Positions 11,311-24,804 of a DNA stretch of 64,000 bases are shown here, piece by piece. Location of the stretch: contig NC_043013.1 in assembly GCF_006345805.1 (NCBI RefSeq), positions 28,086,001-28,150,000 on the forward strand. Direction: 5' to 3'. The position numbers were made by a program, and so were the translations under genes. This stretch comes from Octopus sinensis (lineage: Eukaryota). The notes under the pieces are model-generated. The model was not told the origin of the DNA and made no database searches. It saw only the letters and a program-made list of their open reading frames with translations. Positions within the stretch are counted from its first letter, which is position 1. Each line of letters opens with the position of its first letter.

Positions 11311-12584
11311 TAATTTTGTGTCATACAATTTCACTTTCCTTACCCATTCCTTTTATCTCCTTGTTTAAATGTTATTTTGTATGTGTTTGTATCAATCATT
11401 TTTAGTTCTTTGCTAAAGAAATTTCATTCTACTTGATATATTGGCAATTCTTCTGCTTCAACATCTAGTTTTTGTCGCCTAGCAACTCAAGAAAATATGG
11501 TAAATTTTCACCACCCTCTAAAATGCCCAAATGTATATTTCCCCTAATTCTTACTGCTTATGAAACACTTCCTTGAAAATTCTAAAATCTTTTATTATTA
11601 TTTCAATGGTTTTGCTCACATGCATAAAGAAAATTCCAATTCTTATCTTTTATAATTTTTTCATGTAAGATTTCTCTTTGAATTAATATTTGTGCAGCAT
11701 GTTATTTTACTTTTCTTACCTGCTTCATTTCTCACCTTGTTTCTTACAGCATTGTCCATATATTTGGTTACCATGTAAATTGAAACGCAAAAGAAACAGT
11801 CAGGTATACTTTAACACACACACTCTCTCTTTCCCATACACAAATTCAAAACTAAATAATGTAACATCAGCACAGCAGAGAAAAGCCTCTTCCTCCAGTC
11901 TAAACACACATCTAAAATGTATCAAACTAACAGAGATCTGAGTTTTCTGACAAATATAAACATTTCAAGAAGCATTTGCTATGATACTGGAACCCACACC
12001 ATCATCACCTCCGAAGCAAACAACATACTATGTCACATATAATATTAATACAACTCACTGCTGAACTTTTTTTTATCCACCAGTGCAACAACAAAGCTGG
12101 ACATTTCTACCTCCTCACCCCCTAAAAAAACTACAGATTCATTTTCTTTTATTTTATTTTGCGCAGTTTATTTTCTCTTTTTCTCCTTTTGTTCTTTATT
12201 TCACACTTTTTGATTTCACCTTCATCTACTTCCATAGCCCTTATACTATCTCTTTTGCACTAGCATTTGTATACATGCAACTGTGTGCATGTGTATAGTA
12301 TATATACGTACAGGTGGCCGTGTAGATATATGCACAAAAGTATCTCCACATCCATATAGAGGCATGGATAAACTTGTGTGTGAGCATGTGTGTGTACGTA
12401 TGTATGTATGTGTACATGTGTGAATGGAAATACAACGATAAAACTGATAACACACATAAGAATTGCAGGTAAATATTACAACACTGCTATGACAAAATTT
12501 CATAAGAAAAGCATTTTTCAGGTGGATGTAGTTCATATGAAGGTCTCGCTTTCAGTGCAAACAAGCACACACACCTAAGTTACA

Positions 12585-12960
12585 CACACACACACACACA
12601 TCTATTTACTGACACACATCTACACATTTCTGAAAATATGTAAAAGAATATAGTTGAAATACAAATATCTACAGTTTAATTGTAAACAGGCCCATTCAAA
12701 TCCTCCATGTGTGTGTGTATATATATAAATATGTATACATAAATATATATATATATAATTATATAAATATATATATATATACATACATACATCTACATAA
12801 ACGTGTGTATATATATATATATATATTATATATACATATATATACATATATACATACATATATATATATATAAATGTATATACATATATATACATATATA
12901 CATATACATGTATATATGTGTATATATACATGTATATATATATATATATATATATGCGTA
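12585..12960. repeat. Compound (TA)n/(CATA)n microsatellite field
   Basis: Directly visible. Confidence 0.9.
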
Positions 12961-13768
12961 TATGTTTGTTGGCTTGTGTGTTTGGTGTTTATAAAGTTAC
13001 TTACAAACATGCATGTGTTATGTGCACGTGTGTGTGTGTGAGCACTGGAACTGTTGTGTTTTGACAATATTGTATTTGGATTAAACGTTATACAGCTGGA
13101 TTCAGGCACGGACTATAAAATTTGTTCTCAGTATAAACTAAGGTTTCAAATAAAAATAAAAGTGAAATAATAAAAAATACAATAAAAATAAAAGTATAAT
13201 AATAATAAATAAATAAATAGATTTCAGATCAGGATTAAAAAGAAAGAATATATTCAAAAGCTATATAAAATCGGAATTATCCGAACCACTTGAGAAATAC
13301 TTACAGAAAAAATGTCAGATGTCCTATAAAGCCAACTAAGAATCATTTAATCTGGTAAAAACTCATTATTTCTCTAAAGCTAAAGCAGTAAAAAAAAAAC
13401 AAGAACAATGACAAAAACAAAACAAAAGACACAAAAACTCAAAATGCTTAGGTAGAAATTAAGTGCATCAATCATTAGTTTCTTACTGAGTTCAGTCTGT
13501 CTGTCACCCTCTCTCCCTCCCTCTCTCTCCCCTCTTCCCTCTACCAGTATACATGTGTGTGTGTGTGTGTGTCATAAACAAACATACACATATGTGTGTG
13601 TGTTTGTGTGTGCATATTTATGTATTTATATATATGTTACACATGCATGTGTATGTATGTACGTACACACACACATATATATATATAGGTATATATATAT
13701 ATATATATATGTAGACATGTACATACATGCATATTTGTGTACAAATGTATGTGCATATCCTGCTTTCC

Positions 13769-13809
<41 letters not shown>

Positions 13810-14352
13810 CCACTTTCAATATTCAGGATTTACAGTAAATTAAATGATTTTACTTTATCAGAAAGCCAACTTGGCATTATAGAAACAATTAGCAAGTGTG
13901 AATTTAGTAAAGGTGATGATAAAAATGGGGGGGGGGCGTCTTTTTCTTTTGCTCTTCTATTTCTTTTAGTTCCTTTTCTTCTTTTACTGAATTCAATTCA
14001 TTATATTTTATTTAAAAATTTTATTTCATTTTATTCTGCCTTCATTTTCTTTTTATTTAACTCAAAAGAAGTAAAGACAGACAAGCAGGCAGAGAGGCAA
14101 GCAGGCCAGCAGTTGTGTGCTATGGAGACTGGTGTTTATTAATATGAAGGTGGGTGAAAGTGGAAGAGAGGTCAGATTGTGAGGAAGATATTATGAAAAT
14201 TCATGGCTGGGAAGAGTACAGTTGTTTATTGATCAGATAAAACAGAGAAAAGTAGTGTCATTAATATCAATTTACAACAATAGTTTCTGCTAGCAGGGTA
14301 AATTTTCAAATAAAAAAAAACAAAAAAAAAAACAATGATAATAATAATAATA

Positions 14353-14570
14353 ATCCTTTCTACTAAAGGCACAAGGCCTGAAATTTGGGGGTAGAGGACT
14401 AGTCGATTACATTGAGCCCCTGTGTTTCACTGGTATTAAATTTATTGACTCTGAAAGGATGTGAGGCAAAGTCAACCTCAGTGGAATTTGAACTCAGAAT
14501 GTAAAGATTGACAAAAGGCACCTCAGCATGTTGCCCAGCATGCTAATGATTCTGCCAATTTGCTGCCATA
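14353..14570 (-). mobile_element. Family B SINE
   Basis: Homologous to 4508-4730; (TAA)n at its tail. Confidence 0.85.
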
Positions 14571-14953
14571 ATAATGATAATAATAATAATACATTAACAC
14601 ATCCAACCAAATTTGGATGTGTTGTTTACAATGTTGTAGTCTGTGGTAAACATCCCAAAAACTCGTGTGTAGATGACAAATGCTAAAGACACAGATTACA
14701 TCAGTTGACAAAATTTCATCAGCACCAGCAGATGGCACTGTTGTATCATGTAATTTCACTGTCAATTGTAGCTCATCAGCATCAGACAACCAAACACTGA
14801 ATGCCAGATCAAAAATCAGTCAAACCAATATAGTGTAACACAGGCTAAACAGTAAATGATGTCACAAACAACTGGTAGGTTGTCCATTTTTCCATTCTTG
14901 CATGAATCAGAAAGAATTTGTTGGATGCCCCTCCTGTTGCTAACACATACCTG

Positions 14954-15100
14954 GTTTCAAATTTTGGCACAAAACCAGCCATTATGACAAGATGAAGTTA
15001 GTCAATGCCATCAAACCCAGCACTTGGCAAGTACTTTATTTTATTGACCCCAAAGGGATGAAAGACAAAGCTGATCCTGGTGGAATTTGAACTCAGAGTA
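14954..15100 (-). mobile_element. Family B SINE, partial
   Basis: ttttattgaccccaaagggatgaaagacaaag..ggaatttgaactcag core. Confidence 0.7.
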
Positions 15101-15440
15101 TTATGAATTAAAAGAAATACTGCAAAGTATCCCCCCCTCAACCCCATCCCTTACTCCCAGAAAATATAGAAAAAAGCAAGAAAGAGAAAGAGATAAACAT
15201 AATGGAAAATATGATGAATATTGATATTTAGGAGGAATAAAAAAAGCTGAGATCAAAAAAATATGAAAAGAAAAAATGGTAAGGAATAATTCAGTAAATA
15301 AAACCAAAGAAAACAAAATACAATAAATTGTTAGTGTATGATTGTAAGCTGATCAGGAATACAACTTGTTGAATGTCAAATGCTATTAAAACACTGGATG
15401 GTATCTTATTATGATGAGCTTGATGGGAGATGGTCTACAG

Positions 15441-15705
15441 CAGTGGTTCCCGAACTGGGTGGTGCTGCACCCCGCTGGGAGCAGTTGAAGAAAAATGGGG
15501 TAATAATGAGGTGACCAAAACCAATGGATGTTAAAAAAAAACAAAATAATGGGTTAATTAGGTTAAGTTTTATTTGTGAAATATCGTTGTTTTGAATTTG
15601 CTGCAGCAAATGGTCTGTCTGTGATGGTGCCAGGGAGGGAGGGACACTAGGAATGTGGCCTTAGAACCAAGGGGGCGGTGACCTGGAAAAGTTTGAGAAC
15701 CACTA
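15441..15705. mobile_element. hAT (Charlie-like) MITE
   Basis: TIRs CAGTGGTTCCCGAACT and AGTTTGAGAACCACTA (13/16 match); 8-bp flanks GTCTACAG and GTCTATTA (5/8), resembling a decayed Charlie-type TSD. Confidence 0.7.
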
Positions 15706-15728
15706 GTCTATTATAAAGAGAGAAATAT

Positions 15729-15930
15729 CTCTTACTTCTTTCAGTTATTAGACTATGGCCATGCTGGGGCACAGCCTTGAAGTATTTAACGAAAAAAATT
15801 GATCCCAGTTACTTTTCTTTTTCTTTTTAAGCTTGATACTTATTCTATTGGTATCATGTTGAACTGCTAAGTTACAGGGACATAAACAAAACAACACTGA
15901 TTGTCAAGCAGTTATGAGTGACAAATACAA
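15729..15930 (-). mobile_element. Family A SINE 3' tail
   Basis: tttcagttattagactatggccatgctggggcac..gaactgctaagttacagggacataaac. Confidence 0.7.
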
Positions 15931-15974
15931 ACAAAGAAGCATACACATACATAAACACACACACAATGCATACA

Positions 15975-16308
15975 CATGTGGCTCAGCGGTTACAATGTTA
16001 GTCTCACAATCATGAGGTAATGAGTTCAACTCCTGGACTGGGCTGTGTATTGTGTTTTTGAGCAAGACACTTTATTTTGCAATGCTCCAGTTCACTCTGC
16101 TGTAGAAATGAGTTGTGGCATGACTGGTGCCAAGTTGTATTAACCCTTGCCTTTCCCTAGGATAACATCAATAGAGAGGAGAGAGGCTGGTACGCATGGG
16201 CAACTGCTGGTCTTCCACAAACAACCTTACCCAGATTTGTGCCTCAAAGAGAAACTTTCTAGGTGCAATCCCACGGTCATTCATGACCAAAGGGGGCCTT
16301 TACCCTTT
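15975..16308 (+). mobile_element. Family D tRNA-derived CORE-like SINE, full length
   Basis: A box tggctcagcgg, B box gagttcaactcc, gtgtttttgagcaagacactt core, end ggtcattcatgaccaaaggggg; homologous to 52714-53065. Confidence 0.85.
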
Positions 16309-16328
16309 ATATATGTACATATATGGTG

Positions 16329-16487
16329 GGTTTCTTTCAGTTTCCATCAACCAAATTCATTCATAAGGCTTTTGTCAGCCCAGAGCTATAGTAGTAGACA
16401 CTTCTCCAAGGTGCCACACAGTGGGAGTGAACCTGGAATCATGTCGTTGGGAAACAAACTTCTTACCACACAGCCACACCTGCACTT
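16329..16487 (-). mobile_element. Family A SINE head
   Basis: ttctttcagtttccatc..ccaaggtgccacacagtggg..accacacagccacacctgcac. Confidence 0.8.
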
Positions 16488-16844
16488 ATCAATTATTACT
16501 TTCTTTTTTTCTGATACTCTGCTGAAGTATAGTTTTGGAGGATGTAGGGGGGTTTTTGGGGGTTTTTTTTTTTTTTGTTCTGGATGTATTTTTGACGTGA
16601 AATTTTGGTTGATATTCTCTCCAATCATCTTCAGCTGATATTATTCCTAAGCTAAGACACATTAGGAATATCACCTGAAGATGATTAAAAGAAAATTCCA
16701 AACAAAATAAAGTGTATCACAAATCCATAAAAATAAAGCAACAACGTAAGACAGTATGACTTAAAATAAAGAAGAAAATCAAATAATTTCACTGTAAAAC
16801 GAAAATGAATTTATTTATGGGTAAAGATATGGCAATGGTAGTGA

Positions 16845-16931
16845 AATCCACTTAGTAACCATGCAGTTTCAGGTTCAATCCATCTGTGTAGCCCCTTGGA
16901 CAAACTTCTACTATAGCCTCAGGTTGATTGA

Positions 16932-16994
<63 letters not shown>

Positions 16995-17330
16995 ACGTGT
17001 GCGCATGTCTGTGTGTGTGTGTCACACATCTGCAAGAGTGTTTAGACCTGCATGTCTTTGCATTGATACAAATTGTGCAAAGGTGATGTCATGCACACAT
17101 CTCTTGTAAACAATACGAGTCCTGTAATTTGACAGTTTTGGTGGGTTTTGTCCTGTGAAGACCATTGGAATAAGCATAATTTACTTGGAAAAAAAGAAAG
17201 AAAGAAAGACAAAGGCTGGTGACTGGAAGTACCTCCGGCCAAACAACACTGCTTCAATAAGTTTTCTTCAACCCAGGTGAGCATTGAAAAAGTAAACATA
17301 AAAACAATGATGGTGGTGATGATTAAAATG
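16845..17330 (+). mobile_element. Family A head, long (GT)n and variant C-type tail
   Basis: ggttcaatccatc..ttggacaaacttctactatagcctc, then (GT)n, then ggctggtgactggaagtacctccggcc..aacaatgatggtggtgatgat. Confidence 0.6.
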
Positions 17331-19424
17331 ACAACAATAGTGATGTTGATGATGATAATTATGATAATCATTAGAATTGAAGGCGACTGACTTGATAGTG
17401 AGCAATAAGTCTGTCTGTCTGTCTCAAGAGGCTGACAATGTTTCTTACAAGTATATTGCATCCTTGAGAACAACACTACAGACTCGATAGCTCAGTCTGC
17501 CTAACAGAAACTAGTAAACAATGACTAAGTACATTTCACTAGGAAAATGTTTTTATCTATTTGCTTCCACAGCTGGACTCTTAAATAATTGTCTGTACAA
17601 GATGGCATTGATTGACACAGTAATAATTGCCCAGACCAAGAGATAAATATCTCTCATCTTGTTAATACTACAAAAACCATGGACAAATGTTGGCCTCACC
17701 ACCACCGTCAACAAAAGAAAGGAAACAAAACAGAGTCCCCATGGACTAACTTATTGTTTAAAAGAAAGGGAAGGAAATTTCAACAGTATTGTAATTATGT
17801 AGTTGCTTGTATCCTTTGGTCAATTCTTTAGCAAACGCCAACTGTTTTTGATCTCGTCTAATCTAAGCAAGTTTACTTCCCCACCTCATGTACAATTAGC
17901 TCTATTTTGTCTTCAATTGAACATTTCTTATCTAATCTATATAACTGTTATTTCAAAGGAAGTTTAATTTATTCCAACCGAATCAAACTTTTTGAAGTAA
18001 ACTCACAGAAGTAAATGGTGAGTGTTGTTAATCTAAGGCATGAAAGTAAATTGCTGTAAGAGCAGCAACTGGCAGCAGCTCATCATTTTTTAAAATATAT
18101 TACATATTTATAATCATAACATTCAAATCAACATGGCTACTTCTTATATGCAATGACAGACTACTGAAATATTCAACTACTATTTTTTGGTTGAATTTAT
18201 ACTCAGTCTTTACAATCACAGATCTAGTATAATGGTGTTGAAATTGGACAAAAATAACAAATAACCAAATCATTGAGCTTTTCCATATTATAGGTTCTGT
18301 CTGTCTATACTTTGAGTTCAAATTCAGCCATGGTTTATTTTTGCCTTTCTGCCCTCCTTAATTAATAAAATAAGGACTAGCAACATACTGGGGCTTATTC
18401 TATTGATTTTGCTCCACCAATATTGGACACTTTAGTTGCATAAGCCTTCATATTGTGATATGAAAAAGAGAAAAAAGAACAATCACATGCAAACTGCTTC
18501 CATTTGGCAAGATCTGACAGTAATTAAAAGAAATGCCTGGAGGGTAATTACAGGTAATATAATTGCAAGGAATATGGTACAAATAAATTCAAAGAACTTA
18601 TTTCTAACAATACAATAATACTAACACTTATACATATATAAAGATTATGGCCTTTTAACTAGTCCAAAGAAATCAATATTATAGATATGTAGCAGATAAG
18701 TCTTAAATTCTTCTGTCCTTGTTAGTCTTTTTTAACATACTTGACAAGAATTCTTCACATTTTAGACATCACACCACTAAACCAATCATTTCTATAGACA
18801 GGGGAACCAGTCTGTCATCAACAAAAGCATTTGTTTCTTAAACTCCTACCTACTTCCTATAATTGATACAGAAACTCTCATTAAGTTGTCAAGGCAACAC
18901 TATTCTCCAACCACTTCCTTTCAACAAACTATCATCACAAGAATTTAGTACTTTTGCCCTGGAATACTTCACCATTATTTGATGCAAAAGAATACTATAG
19001 TTCAAAGAATTTATTCAAGGAAACAAATTAAAATTTCCAAGAACTGCTAGTTCTCTAGGTTAAAACCATACAAGAAAGATGGAAAATCTGTGAGATTTCA
19101 GATTAAAGATTTCCAGTGAAATTGAACAAATAAGATAGTCTGAAAGTAACCGAGAGAAGTGATTAAATGCTGGTAAGTGAGATCAAACTTGAGAAAGCTA
19201 ATAAATTGGAATAACAGACACCAGGTGTTGTTTGCAAGAAATATAGCAATGGCTATGAGATTATAAATAATAAAGATGGTCCTTAAGCTGGTATATTGTT
19301 TGCGATAGTCAGGAATAAAAAGGTCTAAGGTAAGTGTGGAATGAAAGAGGGGAGAAATATAGGAGTTGTAATTTACAGTAAGACGACACCGAAAGAGCAA
19401 TATTATGGATGTTTCTAAGAATTG

Positions 19425-19610
19425 AGCCAGCAGAATCTTTAGCGGCTTTCCATCTGTCTTTATATTCTGAGTTCAGATTCTGCCAAAGTCAACTTTGCCT
19501 TTCGTCCTTTTGGGGTTGATAAACTAAGTACCTGTTGAGTACTAGGGTTAATGTAACTGATTTTCCCCCTCCTCTGAAATCGTTGGCCAAAATTTGAAAT
19601 CAAAATTACG
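19425..19610 (+). mobile_element. Family B SINE
   Basis: gagttcagattctgccaaagtcaactttgcctttcgtcctttt core. Confidence 0.8.
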
Positions 19611-19814
19611 GGTGTTTCTGACCTGTTGGAGGCCTGAATAATCTCATTGAAGATATTTATGAGACAGACAAACAATTCAGAAAATCTAATTTAGAATTTA
19701 AAAAAGAAAAAAAGTACAAAGAAAGAAATATAAATTTACACTTCAACTGAATAAATATTTTATTCTTTTACTTGTTTGCAACTATACAGGAGCACCACTT
19801 AGAACAGTTTAGCC

Positions 19815-20400
19815 CAGAAGTCTTCAACCATTTTTTACCTATCGGTCCCTTTGATTCCTATTTTACTGAACTGGAACCTCATAGCCATTTGGTGTAAATG
19901 TAAAAGAAATCCTAGTGCATTTCTACAAAGACTCCCTTCAGTCATGAATGACCATGGGATTGCACCTAGAAAGTTCTCCTCTGGAGTACAAGTCTGGGCA
20001 AGGTTGTTTGTGGAAGACCAACAGTTGCCCGTGCATACCAGCCTCCTACTCTCCACACCACTGATGTTATCCAAGGGAAAGGCAAAGACTGATATAGCTT
20101 GGCACCAGTAACATTGCAACCCATTTCTACAGCTGAGTGAACTGGAGCAACGTGAAATAAAGTGTCTTGTTCAAGAACATAACACAATGCCTGTCCAGGA
20201 ACTGAACTCACTACCTCATAATTGTGAGCCCAACAGTCTAACCACTGAACCATGCAATTAAATATTATTAGGAATTGTATAAGAAAATTTGAATATTTTG
20301 TGTATTGTAGAAGTATAACCTGTTTATTGTACACAAATTTTAACAACAAAATCTTATGTGGACCCCCAAGGGCCATATGGATCCCGTTAGAGAACTCCTG
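19815..20400. mobile_element. hAT-like MITE interrupted by a family D SINE
   Basis: Ends CAGAAGTCTTCAACC and GTTAGAGAACTCCTG; 8-bp flanks GTTTAGCC and ATTTAGTC (6/8, both differences transitions). Confidence 0.6.
19930..20256 (-). mobile_element. Family D SINE nested in the hAT-like MITE
   Basis: Reverse-complement match to 52714-53065 over its whole length. Confidence 0.85.
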
Positions 20401-20439
20401 ATTTAGTCAAACAAATCACCCAACCCCCTGCCTCCACCA

Positions 20440-20565
20440 GTACTTATGTCTTTAAAATTCTGGTACTTATTCTATGAGCACCCTGTGCTGGACTGTTGAG
20501 TTATGAAGATGTAAACAAACCAACAATAGTTGTCAAGCAGTTGACAGGACAAATACAAAAAACAT

Positions 20566-20604
<39 letters not shown>

Positions 20605-20715
20605 ACAGGCTTCCACACAGTTTCTATCTATGAAATTCACTCACAAGACATTAGTTGGAATGCATAATGGGACTGAACTTGAAACCAAACGATTGCAAAC
20701 CAAACTTCTTAATCT
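20440..20715 (-). mobile_element. Family A SINE, diverged
   Basis: gttgtcaagcag..(CA)n..gacaggcttccacacagtttctatctatgaaattcactcacaag. Confidence 0.7.
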
Positions 20716-20869
20716 AAGTCTTGGCAGCAAACAACCAAAATTAAAATAGGAAGGATTCACAGAAGCCTAGCAACATGTGTGTGTAGAGTTTAATTGCTAT
20801 AATCAACACAAAAAAAAGTCGTCATCATCATTGTTATCATCATCATCAACCTTTGGATATAACTGTTTT

Positions 20870-21110
20870 GAGTCCCAGAACTCAAAGAGCTGGTTACTCA
20901 GTTTCCGTGATGTATAAGCAACTGAGACTACAGCACTCTCCCTGGATGGGATGCTAGTCCATTGCAGGGTTACTCATTTACAGCTAAGTGGGCTGGATTT
21001 GAGCAACATGAAATGAAGTGTTTTGCGCAAGGACAAAACCCAGTCAAGAAACTGAAACCATGATCTTGTAGTCATGAGTGCAACACCCAAACCATAAGGC
21101 CATGTGCCTT
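20870..21110 (-). mobile_element. CORE-like SINE fragments (D-type head with a different tail)
   Basis: cctggatgggatgctagtccattgcaggg, catttacagctaagtgg..gtgttttgcgcaaggacaaaac, and accataaggccatgtgcctt head remnant. Confidence 0.55.
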
Positions 21111-21306
21111 TACATTTGCAAACTGCAAGAGCAGAAAATAATAAGGAACTGAGACTATAGATGACACAAACAGAGTGGAGTAGTTAAACAATATGAGACA
21201 ACATTTACATGTTGTTGATGTCTCTGATGATTTAGGGAAATAATAGATAAGATCTAAGAATATATCAAATACTGGAGGTAAAGATTGTGACAGCAAAGAC
21301 GCTAGT

Positions 21307-21337
<31 letters not shown>

Positions 21338-21648
21338 GAAGTATTTGAATAGTGGTTGCCTCTATTGGATGACTTCTTTAAAGAATTTCCACACCTATTT
21401 GAGAATGTGTGTACAAAGGTTTACTGATTTCAAGTTTTAGCACAAGGCCAGCAATTTTGGCAAAGAAAATAAATTGATTGCATCAACCCCAGTGTTCAAC
21501 TGGTACTTATTTTATTGCCTTTCATAACAAAAAAAAAAATATTTAAAAACTTAAGAGAGGAAGAGCTGTACTGATTAGAGGGGAATGAAATAAATATGTT
21601 AAATGTGCAGCAGACTCTGTTGTCTGATTCAGCACCACCATCGGTCCC

Positions 21649-21878
21649 TTGAACTTTTTTGATACCAACCCACCTGAAACAGCTCCTGCTTCTGTGACAC
21701 ACATTGTTCTTTTAAAGTGACCTAAATTAAAACTTTCAATCAATATTTCATGTTAATTTGTTTTAAAAACCAACATAATAAGGAAAATATATTTTTTGCT
21801 ATATTCTTCATTATTTTCAAAATTAATCGAAGCAAAAGCAGTGAATTTCAACAGAAATATGGTAACAAAATGGGTTAA
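21649..21878 (-). mobile_element. piggyBac-like MITE (family of 36747-36955 and 45159-45386)
   Basis: Ends ttgaacttttttgatacc and ggtaacaaaatgggTTAA; body homologous to 36747-36955 in reverse orientation. Confidence 0.65.
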
Positions 21879-22707
21879 GTGCCTTTAGCAGAGTCCATTC
21901 TATTGTCAGTATTCAAGGTCAGATTTGAGGATATTTTCCTGCTTCACATATATTTCAGAGGCTCTGTGGAGAGTCATGGACACTACTTGCCCTCATGATA
22001 AAAAAAAAAAAAAATTTTTTTTTAAAAGAGCATGCTGATGGAAGTGACTGAACATAGGTAATTTGAGAAAGTAGAAGAATTATTAAGAACATTGGCTGAT
22101 ATACCATACTGGTATAAATGGAAATATGAATATATTAGAATAAAATATGATTATAATAATACATAAATAAAATGAAGCAGCTGAGTAAGACTTGAGAACA
22201 ATTATGTCTCACTTTACTTGAAGAGATAAGAAGATCAAGAGACGCCGAGACTTACTAAATAAACCACAGAAAAATCAATCCATGACACTAAAAAAAAAAC
22301 ATAATGAATGGGAAAAAAAAAAACCCCCACTGATGGTGATGATGGAATAATGATGATGGGACATCAATCTAGTGTCTAAAGATGTGTTCTAAGATGTTCA
22401 AAGGTTTCATTTAATGTTTTTCACTGTTTTTCAATAATGTGAATTTAAGACAGCAGTTCCAGGTTATCGTGGTAACAAGAAAGTTTACATATAATCTATT
22501 TGGTAGCATATTTTGTCAAGCACAAAATGGATATTATGACACTTTCATATTAATATATATTGTCTAGAAAACAAGTGCAGTAGATTTCAATAAGGGGAAA
22601 TAAAGTTTGCAGATGTTGCAGATAAAATTACACTAATTACAATAATAATAATAATAATAATAATAATTATTATTATTGTTGTTGTTGTTGTTGTTGTTGT
22701 TGTTATC

Positions 22708-22832
22708 ATCCTTTCTACTAAAGTCACAAGGTTTGAAATTTGGGGGTGGGGGAGGACTAGTCAATTACATCGACCCCAGTATTTCACTGGTATTTAATTT
22801 ATCAACCCTGAAAGAATGAAAAGCAAAGTCAA
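22708..22832 (-). mobile_element. Family B SINE 3' half with (AAT)n(GTT)n tail
   Basis: atcctttctactaaagtcacaagg..cgaccccagtatttcactgg..tcaaccctgaaagaatgaaaagcaaagtc. Confidence 0.8.
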
Positions 22833-22850
22833 ATAAAAATAATGATGCTA

Positions 22851-22882
<32 letters not shown>

Positions 22883-23574
22883 ACTAACATCATCAATAAC
22901 ATCAACAATAAGCAAGCATTCACACACATACACATGCAGTCTGCATAGATTCAAAACAGTATCATAATGGGCATACGTCACACTTGGCGACGTTGGAAGC
23001 GGTGAGCATTAAAAGACTGCAGCCATGAAAAAACATGACACTTTTTGCAAGAATGGTGGGAAAATGCTACGTTTTCTAATAATAGAATATATATATGCAT
23101 ATACTAGTCAGACTGTAATAATGGACAAAAGAAAAGTTTTAAAGCCATGATAAGTGAATAACCGAGAATCAAAAAAATATAAAAACACATAAGAAACAAA
23201 CAAAAAAAAAATTATGGGAGTAAAAGTAAGAAAACAATAACAACTACAAAACAATGAATGTATCATGAGATGAGAAAGGAAAGGTTATGAAAGGGGGCAA
23301 AGAAGATATGCTCAAAGAAGAATTGAAAATAATTGTATGGAGGAGATAGATTTGATAAATACCATCGCCTTCATCGCTTAAATTAAGAAAGATAGTTTAG
23401 TATTGATTTATTGAATAATAATAGCTAACGAAAAGAAAAGAAAGGAGAGAAAAAAAATACATGAGACAGAAATAAGAAGATAGACATGTTAGAAGAAATA
23501 GATTAAAACTGCATAGATGAAAGCGAAGAAGAGTGGAACTATTCCAAAATACAACAACAGACAGATGAAGTGGA

Positions 23575-23835
23575 CAAACGAGAAGACAGTAAAATAGTCA
23601 ATACAATAGATAGACAGAGAGGAGGAGATAGAGAGAGAAAGAGAGAGAGACAGGAAACAGTCAATATGATAGACACAGAGAGAGAGAGAGAGAGGAAGAG
23701 AAAGAGAGAGACAGAAAATAGTCAATATGATAGACAGAGAGAGAAGGAGGGAAGGAGAGAGAGAAAGAGAAAGAGAGACAGAAAACAGTCAATATGATAG
23801 ACGTACTGAGAGAGAGAGAGAGAGAGAGAGAGAGT
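23575..23835. repeat. Degenerate tandem repeat of about 55-60 bp built on (GA)n
   Basis: aaa(c/t)agtcaata(t/c)(g/a)atagac recurs four times, each followed by GA runs. Confidence 0.8.
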
Positions 23836-24453
23836 AGGGGAGAGAGAGTCAGAAAAAAGAGTGAGAATGAGATGGCAGGGGAAGGGGGTAATTAAATTGA
23901 CAGACATACTAAGTAGACAGATGAGAGAAAATTTGGTAGAGGAGGAGTTTTAATAGATGGAGAAGAAAAAATGGTTGGGTGGTTTGTAGAGAGTTAATTC
24001 AGATCAATTGAACTGCTTGGCAAATAGCAATAAATAAATAAATAGATAGATAAATAAATAAATGAATAAATAAAGTGTGGAGACTTGTGTTGCTAACCAT
24101 ATTATGAAGAAAAGGGGTGGGGACGGAAGCAGGGCATCTTATGTTTTTGGGTTATGTGGACAGCGCCTTCTTTAGTGTTTCATATCAATGCAGCAGAATT
24201 TTGGTGCTTAACATTGATTAGGGAAATTAGACAAATTAGTTAGAAGGTACACGCACTTAGATAAATCAATTAGTACAGAGAGAGAGAGAGAGAAACAGAC
24301 AGAGAAAACAGAAAATCAAGATTAAAAGAGAGAGAGAGAGAAACACAGAGAAAACAGAAAGTCAAGATTAAAAGAGAGAGAGAAAGAAAAGGAATAAAGT
24401 AATGGAGAAGGGCTGTGTTGACCCTCAATATATTACTGGAACTTCATTAATCG

Positions 24454-24735
24454 TAGGTGCAAGTATGGCCGTGTGGTTAACAAGCATGCTTTGTAACCAT
24501 ATGGTTTCAAGTTCAAGCCCAGTACATAAGACCTTGGGCAAGTGTCTCCTACTGTAGCCTTGGACCGACCAATACCATGTGAGTGACTTGGATAGATGGA
24601 AACTATGTGGAAGCCCATCACGTCTGTTTGTGTTTGCATGTGTGTGTTGCCCACCATTGCTTGACAATCAATGTTGGCTTTTTTCATGTCCCTGTAACTT
24701 AGCAGTTTAACAAAAGAGCCTGTTAGAATATGTAC
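24454..24735 (+). mobile_element. Family A SINE
   Basis: tggccgtgtggttaa A box, ggtttcaagttcaagccc B box, gaccttgggcaagtgtc core. Confidence 0.85.
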
Positions 24736-24804
24736 CAAAAAAAAAAAAATAATGAAGAGGGGGGAGGGGGAGAGAGGAGGAAGATAGGAAGAGGAGAAGA
24801 GGAA

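Noticed and set aside
13300-13400. Minus-strand acceptor and GTAAGT donor pair
   Set aside because: All three frames are closed from the good acceptors; a non-coding exon cannot be excluded but has no support.
14523-14860. Minus-strand ORF MSDADELQLTVKLHDTTVPSAGADEILSTD
   Set aside because: No splice signals framing it, no domain similarity, and it runs into a SINE tail.
21221-21260. CTGATGA-tttagg-GAAA hammerhead-like core
   Set aside because: No stem II, helix III or helix I partner; likely chance.
24110-24170. Promoter-like GC box and ETS motif (ggggtggggacggaagc)
   Set aside because: Short motifs expected by chance in 64 kb, with no CpG island or linked exon.
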